NCBI GenBank assembly: GCA_977017575.1
Contig: CDRNVI010000066.1
Location: 62,001 to 126,000, forward strand
DNA length: 64,000 nt
Source: Paramoeba atlantica
Taxonomy: Eukaryota > Protista > Discosea
Direction: 5' to 3'
The notes beneath the pieces are model-generated. The model had not been told where the DNA came from. It saw only the letters and a program-made list of their open reading frames with translations, and did not search any database. Positions within the stretch are counted from its first letter, which is position 1; each line of letters starts with the position of its first letter. Positions 41,651 through 52,575 of this stretch are shown here, one piece after another. Both the position numbers and the translations under genes were made by a program.

Positions 41651-44600
41651 AATATTTTTTTTTTCTAAACTGTATCTCCAACATGTCCGACAATCCCACT
41701 TCTCCGCGGAATGTTGACGATGCGCTGCCGGACCTCCCTCGAGCTTCCGGCGGCGTACAGACGCAAACCCTGCACTTCGTCCACAGCAGATCACGCCCCG
41801 TTAAGATACGACGCCTCACTGATCTGCATTGGACGTATTTCCCGGACATTAAGACCGCGATCCAATGGTCCATAGTCAGACAAAGAATTCCATCCCGACA
41901 AGGTGCGGAGTAGCTATCACGAAACTGCTGAGTAAGTGTGCATCAGCACACGATCTCGTAGCTGAACACACCACCTTTGAGGAGCTCGTGGAGCATAACG
42001 CGTGCGACTATATAAAGGTTACGAGGAATGAACACCCCTACACCATCTCCCTGCACCCAAACTGGGTCTCGATGCACGCCGACCCTGCCCTCAGCCTGCG
42101 AGACAAGTATTCCACCCCAAGCACGCTCAATAAGGCAGTCCTGAAGGCCTTACAGGGAAGAGAAATATCGGGACTGAAGCACATAAAAATCGAGCTCATA
42201 AGAAACCAGGAAACACCAAGCACTGAAACCGCGGAATATGAGAAGCCGCGCAGGATAGAAGAATCTCCTCATAAAATCGCTCCCCCACGAACGCCAAAGC
42301 CCCAGAAGGGTAAAACTGATCAACACAAGGGACCGTGCAAGCACCGCTGATTGAGCAAACTCTCCTGTGCTCACAAGTGCTGTAAAATCTATGGACCGCT
42401 GCCGAGTGAGGACGTTACATATTGCTCATCAGAAGGAGCACTGCCACCTGAGATCGTCCCAGAAGGAACCGCAAATAACACCAACCCAGGAGATCCAAGT
42501 AAATATACGCCGGAAAGCACCTCTTCGGAACCTGCGACACATACAAAATGCAACACACATGCGTTGAACGGTCACCGCAAACCTACCGTACATGATGAAC
42601 CTTCCGCCCCGCATCCATGTCGTCATTCCTGCAAGAACAAAGCTACGTGCGGACATCTATGTTGTAAACGAGGCATTAAATCTTCGCATCTGGACTTTCC
42701 AACTTCCGCGACTTCTACAAATGAAAATCTACAAACGAAGCTATGCAACGCAATATCACGGGAGGGCGCCCATACAACTTTAGAACGCGGGTTAAACCCG
42801 GCAACACAACCTCCACCTGATGTCCAAATGGTCCCACCTGCCGAGGGAACCCAAACAGAGGGGGCCGACGTCAACCAGAACTCCGTAACACCAAACCTCA
42901 ACGACAACGATAGTGATTTCCTACTGAAAGCTGCTAAATTGGCTGGTTGGGCCATGCGTAACGTTATAAACTTCTACCGCCTTCCCAATACTAGCATCAA
43001 CGGACCAACAAACGGGAACCAACATACTGTGCAAATAACGGATGCGACGTGCACTGACAACAAAGATAGCACTATGCACAACCCTGCGCCACTCCCTGAA
43101 GCGACGCCTAGCAGTGCAGCGCATTACCCACAGAACACCGTACACGTGGAACCATGTCGTCACCGATGCTCGGCCAAGCTACGCTGTCTGCATAAATGCT
43201 GTAAGATATATGGACCGCTTAGGTACAATGAGCCCCTCGTCCGACCTTCTCCTCTTCCTCCTCCTTCGCACACTACGGAACTTCGAGTTCCATCATGGGA
43301 TGAAACCAGCGAAAGGGAGCGCCTCCATCTGCTTGAACAACTCAAAACCATAACAGGGGGAAAAATGTGCCTAAAGCTTAACGACGATCAATGGAAGGCG
43401 GTTGAAAACAAGGCATACGATACATGCCGAAGGCTGCAATATCCAACAGTAGACACCCCGGAAATCGCAGTGAAAAACGCAGAACTCCTGGGTGCCTCTC
43501 TGGCAGTGGCGGCATACGAAATTGCACAAGAGATTAACCCCACTAAAGGTTTCCTCACGCGATCGAAACGCGGACACGCCCGATTCAAGCACCGGCCACT
43601 TTCGTCTGAAAATGCAGCCCACGAAATGACGAAACACATACGCAACCAAAAGAAATCACTACGCTACACACACGGAACGGAACGCCAAGAGCTCCGTCGC
43701 TGCATTAAGGAAAGTGAGAAGCTAGAGAAAGCATACACAGAAGAGGCCAAAGCACATAGGAAACAGCTAGAAAGACAATGGGCCCATAGCAGATTCACGC
43801 GGAACCCGTGGACAGCAGCATCCGAGGCCTTGGACCGCCCCTCGACCTCCGCCACCGCCGAATATCCTGAATGCGATTTACCTACGATAGAAAAATATTT
43901 CACAGAAAGCACAGCACCTCCCTCCGAAGAGCATCGCCTGCCGCCGAACAACGTACTTGGTCCTATACCCATCAAAGAAATGGAATGGTCTCCACTGACC
44001 GCGCAAGATGTCGAAGACGCGCTCAGCAGCAAAAGAAGCGCAAGCGCGCCAGGGCGTGATACGATTACAAACGCACTTCTAAAACAATGCAAATACCTGT
44101 ACCCCCGTATAGCGAACACGTTTAATGATCTTCTGCGCTACGGCGTCTGCCCGCCATGCTGGTCCTCCGCCGTAGTTAAACTCATTCACAAAGGAGGCGA
44201 AAAACACATCCCGAAAAACTGGAGACCTATCTCCCTGACTAGCGCTCTAGGCAAACTTTTCAATAGCATGATCGGACACCAAATTTTGACGCATACCGTG
44301 TCCTCCGGCCTCCTAGATACAAGCGTTCAAAAAGGCTTTCTTCCGAAGATGAGTGGTACACTGGAACACACGCAAGCTCTCTCCGAAATACTACAATATT
44401 ACCGCCGAAACAAAAGGCAATATTGTCTCACGCAGTTTGATCTCAGCAATGCATTCGGCTCGGTCCCCCATAGCATCATCTTCGAGGCACTGCGATGGGC
44501 AAACGTCTCGCCACAAATCGTGTCCTACGTTGAAAGCATGTATTCACATGCGGAAATGCGTATTAAGTGTGTCGAAAGTTTGTCACGTGCTATACCGATA

Positions 44601-46375
44601 CACAGAGGCGTACTACAAGGTGATACCCTGTCGCCCATAATTTTCAACTTAGTGATGGAAACTGTACTACGATACCTCAAGCAATCGTGCCCCCGGTATG
44701 GCCTTGACTACCCAGATACTCCAAGGCATTTCCTGAAAGCCTACGTTGACGACCTGACGATACTGACTAGCAGCGATACCGACTAGCAGCGATACCGACA
44801 TGCAGCACGCGACCAACACACTCGAAACTGCACTGAGACGAATAGGACTCTCAATCAACGTAGACAAGAGCCGTACACAGTGCATGTCCATGCGTGAAGG
44901 CAGTGAGCACCCGGGGTACATGACCAGGAAGCCGAGACTCAGTATCGAAGGCAAAGCGATACCACATATATGTGACCGTGGAAGCACTTTTCTTGGAATG
45001 ACCATAGCACCAGGAGCACAGCAAGCGAAAGAACTTTTCAAAAAGCTGGATGTCAGACTAAGAACATGGCTTCGGAATGTCGACGAGAGTGCACACAGTC
45101 TCCCCGAAAAACTTTGGATCTACAACAGAGCGATCGTATCCCGTCTGCGCTACGCCCTCACCGTTCACCTGTGTGTCACTTTCAACTTTGTATTGCGATT
45201 GCAGAAAAGAATTACACGTCACCTTAAGAAATGGATCAATGCAGCATCCACGACTTGCACCGAAATTCTTTATACTGAACGAGGGTGGAACCTTAAGAGT
45301 TTATCCAAGCTGTGGTCGGAATGCTCTATCCTAGCCTTAACACAGATGCACAAGTCGCGGGACCCATCGATACAGGCGGCACTACGAGCCCGAATCAAGC
45401 AAGAAGAAGAAAAACGATCCTCTGGTTATATTCGTCCAAGCGCTGACGCCATTCAACACCTTCATGACGCGCGGAAGGCGCAACAGATAGCCCGTGATCA
45501 CCATGAATCTTACGTCATAAATCAGCTTCAGAGACGGGCACCGACAGCAGCAAAATGGTGGAGCCTCCCCTCCGAGGCTGATCTCGCGAAAGAGTTCTCA
45601 GCAGCCCTGAACAACCTCAACAGTGAAAAACTTTCTCGCTTCGCAGCTTCAGTACTAACGCTTTCACCCCTACCATCCAGAACCAATCTTCGGCTTTGGG
45701 GTCTCCGGCGTGCGAGTGTAACGTCCCATATGTAAACTCGAACCTCAAACAACAAGGCACGTGCTCTCGGGGTGCAAAGAGTCCCTTCAGCAAGGGAGAT
45801 ACACCCTCCGTCATGACATGTTACTTGAAGAGCTCGGAAAACACTTGCAGCGTTCGCCGTATACCAAGAGCGTACACCTAGATATCCCCGGATTTAGGAA
45901 TGCCCCGGCATGGCTCGGCACCCGTGAGGATCTTCTTAGCCCCGACGGTTTGATTACACTTAAGGATGGAAGTGAGTTCATCATTGAGCTCACTGTGCCC
46001 TGGGAAGAGAACCAGTCTCAGGCGCACGAGGGCAAATCCCGTAAATATAATGCTCTCTTCCATGAACGACGCATTAATCACCCTAGGACGACCCTTGTTG
46101 TATTCGAAGTGGGAGCCCGCGGCTCGTTACTCACATCTTGTCGAAACCTCAATCTCCTCTTTGACAAGGACACAAAGCTTGCGGAAAAATGTCGAGAAAG
46201 TCTAATGCAGACCGCCCTTCGAGGCAGTTTCATCATCTGGCAGAACCGCGAGTCTGCCGTTTGGACAGAAGGACGGGTATAACGTCTGTAAAAGATAGGT
46301 CTGGGCAGCGTCATATGCGCCCCCCAGGCCTATCCGCATATTCTCTGCCTTATAAAGGTATGATAAATTAAAAAT
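41629..46375 (+). mobile_element. RLE-type non-LTR retrotransposon B (same family as A), inactivated; 3' boundary approximate
   Basis: Fragmented ORF 41683-46282: three Zn fingers, RT (NWRPISL, DLSNAFGSVPH, GVLQGDTLSP, AYVDDL), RYTLRHDMLL, PDG...IIELTVPWEEN, FEVGARG; premature TGA, frameshifts and a 16-bp duplication. Confidence 0.92.
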
Positions 46376-46479
46376 GAGACAAGGCGCGAGAATAGGTGCT
46401 GTCAGCGTGACGTTCATCCATTCCTCTTTGCACCGTGTTATCTCCCCATAGCGACACGGTGAGTAGGGGTTTATGCCCC

Positions 46480-46760
46480 TGCCAAAGACCCCGCTTTTTT
46501 TTGGATGGTTCGGTGTATGGAACTGGAGCCCCATGGAACGAAGGAGAAGCGGTAGTTGCAGAACGAGCTCTTTGGGCCTATCACCAACATTGGCCTTTCA
46601 TGACAACTGCCTTATTGGAAATCGACGATACGAGTGTGCACCATGCTCTCTGGAAGGAGTGGGCAGAAACACCCTGCACAGCGCAGGTTTTAGTGCGTAT
46701 ACTTGAACTACTGGCAAAACAAGGAAATACAATGATTCCCACATACGTTGTTGTTATTTT
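46480..46760 (+). pseudogene. Possible DIRS/VIPER/TATE-type RNase H relic
   Basis: FLDGSVYGTGA...AVVAERALWAY...LLEIDDTSVHHALWK...VLVRILELL resembles DIRS-type RNase H spacing (DAS..GWGA / LxAV..AL / I..DN..V). Confidence 0.4.
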
Positions 46761-47189
46761 CTACTCTAGTTTCTTCACCCCATGTTGCAGCGGAGCCGCG
46801 GCCCCAAGGTTGAGACAGGGGGCGGGGTAGGAATAGCATTGCGAGATAATCGGAAGGTAAACTACACCCCCTTTCATTAATAATGATAATTTAAAAAAGA
46901 TTTTTACCTCGGACTGTGAAAATTACTCAAAAATTATCAGAAACTTTTCATTCCATCGTTACTCCTCCATGTCAGCTCGAGGTTTTTTCCATAATCTCTT
47001 TAATGGCATACTAAATGGGTACGATTTAATCTTGTCTTTAATCTTGTCTTCCCTACGTAGACAAAGAATTGTCCTCCGTAGACAAAAAAATACTACACAG
47101 ATGTAAGTTTGTTTTTGATCACCCCTTATTGCGTTCATAAATAATGATAATGATGATAATAATGATAATCTCAGAAAAAATATTATTAT

Positions 47190-47545
47190 CATTATCATTG
47201 TTTATGAGACGGGGTGTAGTAGGGGTCGTGCAAAGCTCATCGGGAGTAAGACAAGGATTACCGCTGGCCACTCTATACTTTTGTTCCTTTTTACAACCTA
47301 TATTGGAAACAATCGCAACCGAATACCCTGAGTTGGAGGTGCATGCTTTCATTGACGACGTGGGTCTTACTTCCAAAAATTCTGAAGAAATAGGAAAAGC
47401 GTTTTATCGACTGCAAGACCTAACGCGAAGCAAAAATGTCGAACTTGCGCTCCACAAGTGCACATGGTTTTCTGGCGTCAATCAAAATCCTATACTGACG
47501 ACACTCAGCCGAAATGGAGTACAAACGGAGCACGAGGTAGTTAAA
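47190..47545 (+). pseudogene. CRE-like RT fragment
   Basis: VQSSSGVRQGLPLATLYF...VHAFIDDV...LALHKC. Confidence 0.8.
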
Positions 47546-47633
47546 ATCTTTTTTTTACAAATAATTGGGGGGAATAATACTGAGTCTAATATATACTGAG
47601 TCTACTTTTTTATCTACATTTCCAACTTTCCCA

Positions 47634-47737
47634 CTTACTAACCCTTCACCCTTACTAACCCTTCACCCTTACTAACCCTCCACCCTTACTAACCCTTCAC
47701 CCTTACTAACCCTTCACCCTTACTAACCCTTCACCCT
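47634..47737. repeat. 17-bp tandem repeat (CTTACTAACCCTTCACC) x6
   Basis: Six consecutive units, one with a T>C change. Confidence 0.95.
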
Positions 47738-47757
47738 ATTTACTCCCCTTAGCCCTC

Positions 47758-48375
47758 TCATGCTTCCCCTCCCTCACTCCCTACCCCACTGAACAACAAC
47801 TCACTACCACTCACCGATCCATACGCACTCACGCCCATATGGTCCCAGACCTCCGCTCCCACCCGATTAGCAGTATTAGAAACTTTGGGTTGCTGTACGA
47901 GGGTGGGAGACTTGGAGGTAGCAAAAGGCAATGACGCCGTTACGCTGACACGGGGCGACCGACACGAGGGCAAGAGGAGGCGACGCACGAGCCTATCTGC
48001 CAGGACCTCTGCCCCCACCCCGTGAACAAGTATTGTATACTTTTGACTGCTCGCACGGGGGTGGGGGACGCTAGAGAGAAACACAGAGGGACAAACGCAC
48101 TGCGGAGGAAGGATGGGGTGGGGGGATGCGGTGCGGAGGGATGGAGGGACGAGAGATGATGGGGGGATGTCGACCAGATGGAGAGTGTTTGAGGGGGGGG
48201 CCCTCCCATGGCAGAGAAGATCGTGTAGGGAAGAAAGGGAGAAATAATTCAACTTTTTTTTTGCGTATACCGCGTGTCTTGTCCATTCACTTGAACCCTG
48301 CATGCGGAGCATTATGAGGCTGGAGAAATTTTCTTTACCCTTTTTGCAAAGAAAGGCTATTATACCTAGGGACAC
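47758..48375 (-). CDS. Low-complexity ORF, doubtful
   Basis: 205 aa on the coding strand but spans a GC island; no domain. Confidence 0.2.
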   Translation of the reverse strand: MSLGIIAFLCKKGKENFSSLIMLRMQGSSEWTRHAVYAKKKLNYFSLSSLHDLLCHGRAPPSNTLHLVDIPPSSLVPPSLRTASPHPILPPQCVCPSVFLSSVPHPRASSQKYTILVHGVGAEVLADRLVRRLLLPSCRSPRVSVTASLPFATSKSPTLVQQPKVSNTANRVGAEVWDHMGVSAYGSVSGSELLFSGVGSEGGEA

Positions 48376-48441
48376 TTAAAGGGCTGAAACTGAGTAAAAC
48401 AAACTCAGACAAATTTTGTGACGCCTTATTGGACACTTTCG

Positions 48442-48902
48442 TCAGATTCTTCGATTTTTTCGATATTTTAGGTAGTTTCCTTATAAATATACAAAAATAA
48501 TGTATATTATAACAATGGCATTATACACACATACAATAACAAGGCTCTACACTTTTCACCGTTTACTTTTGCGTTTTCCTGCAACCGATCCTAGAGATGG
48601 TCCTAGAGATGGTCCTCAGCCTAGTAGTCTCCGACCATAAAAGGATGCGACTCTCAAGCTTCCTTTGATTTACAGGGGGTGGCGCAAAAATATGGGGGGC
48701 GTCAAAATTCTTATAAATTGTCCAATTTTGGAAAGTAGCACCGCATTCGAGAGCTCTCGCGGAGATATCCACATGTACGTGTCACCTGATACTGCGTTTC
48801 CCGTCTTTTTAATTTTTTAATTTCGGGAAAAAAAAAACGTTTTTGGAACTTGCAATTTTCTTCAGATTCTTCGATTTTTTCGATATTTTAGGTAGTTTCC
48901 TT
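48442..48902 (+). repeat. 41-bp exact direct repeat (48442-48482 and 48862-48902)
   Basis: TCAGATTCTTCGATTTTTTCGATATTTTAGGTAGTTTCCTT twice; one copy is inside the adjacent MITE. Confidence 0.9.
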
Positions 48903-49439
48903 CTATTTGTTTACCTTTCCGCCTCGCTATCTCGCAGAAACAGGATTAATCCAATAGCAAGGGTGTACAGCACCGTGATCGGAATTGTTACAGTACTCGG
49001 GGACAGCTTAAAGTCACCCACCACATACTAAGGAAGTGCGAAGAAAATATTTGTGGGATAACTGATGCCCACAAAAGCTCATTATTCCCCACAAATCGGT
49101 CAGAGTTGCGATCGGCGATCGCATATGGGATTGAATTGTTGAAAGGAGAACAGAAAAAATCATTTTTAGACACTTTAAGGACAGTTCCAACTCGTATTAA
49201 GATTTCGTTAACAAAAAAATGGAGGACATTGTGGATATTAAATGAGGTATTTTTCAAATTTTGAAACTTGCAATTGGTGTTTTCAGCCCCTTTGGCATAG
49301 GGACCTACCCTCCTGAATACGGGAAACGCATTATCAGGTGACACGTATATCAGCGAGAGCTTTCGAATGCGGTACTACTTTTCAAAATTGGACAAGTTAT
49401 AAAAATTTTGACCCCCCCATATTTTCGTGCCATCTCCTG
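48673..49439. mobile_element. 767-bp Tc1/mariner-like non-autonomous element with about 120-bp imperfect TIRs
   Basis: TA|CAGGGGGTGGCGCAAAAATATGGGGGG...TGCGTTTCCCGT versus reverse complement of ACGGGAAACGCA...CCCCCCATATTTTCGTGCCATCTCCTG|TA. Confidence 0.85.
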
Positions 49440-50010
49440 TATGTGGAGAAGGAAGCGAAGTTCCCAGGAAGCACCCTTGAGAAGGCCGAAGAGCAAAAAG
49501 TGAATCAGCACGAAGAAATGGCTTCATCTCGCAGTAGTAATTTTTTTCCTTTGGTCTCTCTAGATATTGTACTGCTCTATCAAATCGCTATAGTATTGTA
49601 GCGTCTTACAGAAGAGTACATCTTTATGTAAAATATTATTACGAAATTTAGGCACATTCCTTTCTTACGGGCACATAACTCAATGAAGAAAAACACTTTG
49701 CTTGGAAAATACTTTGCATGACACGAGATCCTTCACCTCCTTGCCTCCCTTTCACCCTCCTTCGCTTGTCACTTTCCTTCAATAACAGGTAACCTGAACT
49801 TAGAAAGCAAAGAAAAGGTCTCGAAGAAAATGGAAGTTCTACTCTACCGAATTTTTGGATTATCAGAAAAAAAACGTTTTTGAAAGTTTTATAGTAAAAA
49901 AATTCCTAAAACTTTAAAGTAACTTTCATCCCTTGAAACTCAAACTAGTCTAAAGTACAGTGTTATATTTAATTACGGTATTATTTAATTACGCTTTTAA
50001 GGTTATTTTT

Positions 50011-50335
50011 GGCTAAAATTAATCTTAATTAAATTAACCGTAATATAATCCACTCGTAAATTAATAATATTTTTTCCTTTTAAAAAAAAAGGTGTGAACC
50101 CCCTAGGAATTTTTGAACACACTTGAACAAATTTTTTTTCAACACACTTTTTGAGGAACTTTTAAGCACCCAAGCCATTGGATTCGTCTGTGATCATTTT
50201 ACAAAGGTTTGTGTTTCGTATTAAAGTGAGGTCGATGGTGATAGACATGAAAGAAAAGTATTTTTTTCGGGGCTAAAAATAATCTTAATTAAAAATAACC
50301 GTAATTAAAAATAACCGTAATATAATCCACTCGTA
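50011..50335 (+). repeat. About 48-bp direct repeat (50011-50057 and 50271-50335)
   Basis: GGCTAAAA(T/A)TAATCTTAATTAAA...AACCGTAATATAATCCACTCGTA; the second copy carries an extra 16-bp unit. Confidence 0.85.
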
Positions 50336-51035
50336 TTTGAATACTTCACTGTAACAATAATCATTCTTTTTTAAAAGTTCAAAGTTATTAATTGATGTCA
50401 GTGTTATTGTTTGTACACATTGTGACCTTTCGGCATTCTGCAGAGAGGGTAAGATCGCCCGGTCGTGGTTATCATCAGGTAAGAAAGGTGCATGCATTTC
50501 ATTATTTCCTATTGGTCATTCTTCTAACGGACCGTCCGGACTAAAAAAAATAATTTTTTGCTACTCTTTTTAATATTTCTATGTTGGCCAGTAGTGGCCA
50601 ATAGAAATGGCCTTGTTGGCCATTTCTATACCTCGTAATACTCGTATAACCTCTTAATATTCCAAATGGGAACATTAACCCGAACAGTGGTTTATATTGA
50701 CCTGAATTAAGTAAACGGGTGGACGGAGATTCACTTTACGTAACTATTTTTATGACTGATAAAATCCAGTAGCAGTTCAAGTCAAATACGGAACAAAAAC
50801 GTGCAATTTCATGAGCCTTTGCAGCATCTTATCCGTATGCAACTCACAATGTTTGGTTCCTGGCTTAATTGGAGGTAGTAGTTGCAAAAAAAATTATCTA
50901 CGTCTAATAATGTAGGAATGAGAAGGTGTTTAAGGATAGAAATGTCCGAGCTTGCGAGCGAACGTAAATAGTACGATAAGGCGTAAGAGTACATCCCAGC
51001 GAGTGTAAACAAATAAAATCTAAAATAAACATGGA

Positions 51036-51407
51036 TTACAATGGCTCAATGTAAAGAACGTTGTTACCGCGTATCAGCATACTAGGGGTGACACCCATCT
51101 CATCAAGTTTCGTCCGTTTTGTATTTTTGACCGAGCTGAGACGGTTTGCGGATTCTTGAAGGACGATTTCATTCGCGGCTCTTCTAATAACCGATTCTAC
51201 TGTGACGTGTTCTAGTGCAACATTTAAATGATCATCCACGGAACGTACCGTGCCCCGAAGAACAGGAACTGGTTCTTCCCCCGCTGAATGAGTCAATCTA
51301 CTGCAACGTTTCCTCCACTCGACTGTAAGGGGAAGTGGCAATCCGTGTACAGTGCGAACAAGCACTGTACACCCCACAAGCGAGGAGCCTAACGCGTTTG
51401 AAGACAT
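51036..51407 (-). CDS. Sm/LSm-family protein
   Basis: Sm1 LRGTVRSVDDHLNVALEHV and Sm2 MLIRGNNVLYI, with insertions. Confidence 0.8.
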   Translation of the reverse strand: MSSNALGSSLVGCTVLVRTVHGLPLPLTVEWRKRCSRLTHSAGEEPVPVLRGTVRSVDDHLNVALEHVTVESVIRRAANEIVLQESANRLSSVKNTKRTKLDEMGVTPSMLIRGNNVLYIEPL

Positions 51408-51622
51408 TCTTAATATTTAGAATAAATTGCGCCCCAAAAAATACTTTAGTATGTAACAATGAATGATCTAGATAACTTTGCATCGAATTATTATTCTTCA
51501 TTATCAACGTTATCATGAAAACAAGAGGAAATATTGCATTCTGTATATTATGTTTTATGTTTAATTTTGAAGAAGCGTGTAAAGGAACACAAGCGTCATA
51601 CTTGTCACCATAATCCTTTGTT

Positions 51623-52336
51623 CTATTCACTTCCGTGCGCTACGACCACTCCAGATGACAACAAGGGAGCTGCATCTTCATAGGTAAGTGAGAGACATTT
51701 TCCGGGATAGATTTGCAACGTACGCCCGGTGACGGCGGAGACACCCACAAATGTCTTCTTACCTGTGAGCACTACATAGCGCTGTACTCCGGGAATGTGT
51801 CCACTCGCACACATACGAAGATCCAGGTTACCGAGGGCTGTCATGTACGATACCATAAGATTTCCATAGTTACGTAGAAATTGTCCCTCTGAGGGGTTGA
51901 GCAGGTCATGGGGTATAGCTCCCCGAGCAGAGGGCTCGGAGGATGATACAGGTGAGGATGGCGCCTCTTGTGAGATTGCACCATGGGTGTGCTCGTCTTT
52001 ACCCAGCATACCCCACCACGAGGCTGTTACGTGGTCCAGACGAGACTTCAGGTAGGAGCAGAGACATCGCTTGTCATGGAGAGCCTGAGCCCGGAGTATT
52101 CGTAACCGCGTAGCATAGAATGGGTCCCTCACATTAATGTGGGGGTTGCCCAAGTCACGTTCATGCATAGACCACAATGCTTGAATTCCCTGTGCGATTG
52201 CATTTACACTCGAGTCGTCAAACACGGTAAACTCCTGACGCCCACCTCGAGCTTGCAGACCGCTCGCATGGTGTACTAAAGGCTGGGCTGCGCCATCTTC
52301 ATACATGAATAACGGATATATTGAAAAGCCATACAA
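51623..52336 (-). CDS. PSF1: GINS complex subunit Psf1-like
   Basis: HDKRCLCSYLKSRL...WW, LNPSEGQFLRNYGNLMVSYM...LDL, C-terminal B domain ending LLSSGVV. Confidence 0.75.
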   Translation of the reverse strand: MYGFSIYPLFMYEDGAAQPLVHHASGLQARGGRQEFTVFDDSSVNAIAQGIQALWSMHERDLGNPHINVRDPFYATRLRILRAQALHDKRCLCSYLKSRLDHVTASWWGMLGKDEHTHGAISQEAPSSPVSSSEPSARGAIPHDLLNPSEGQFLRNYGNLMVSYMTALGNLDLRMCASGHIPGVQRYVVLTGKKTFVGVSAVTGRTLQIYPGKCLSLTYEDAAPLLSSGVVVAHGSE

Positions 52337-52575
52337 AAACTTTGTCTTATTTTTTTATCGCGTAGCGAAACTGCCCTGCTACCGAAAATTTCTAGGTTTT
52401 CGTTGTTCGAAAGTTAATGAGAAATGTATTGAATAACATGAAAAAAGTGCACATGAGAAATATTCTAGTTAGGGTAATTTGAATACGGCATTACGTATTC
52501 ATCGAGCCTAGCCATGATCGAGCATAGTTCATGCAATGACGCTTTTAAAGCCACTTTGTTCTCCCTTATTCTTCT

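Noticed and set aside
47634-47737. CRISPR array or true telomere
   Set aside because: No spacers, eukaryotic context, internal position flanked by genes, and the unit is not TTAGGG.
48805-49320. Transposase remnant inside the 767-bp TIR element
   Set aside because: No DDE or HTH motif recognisable in any frame.
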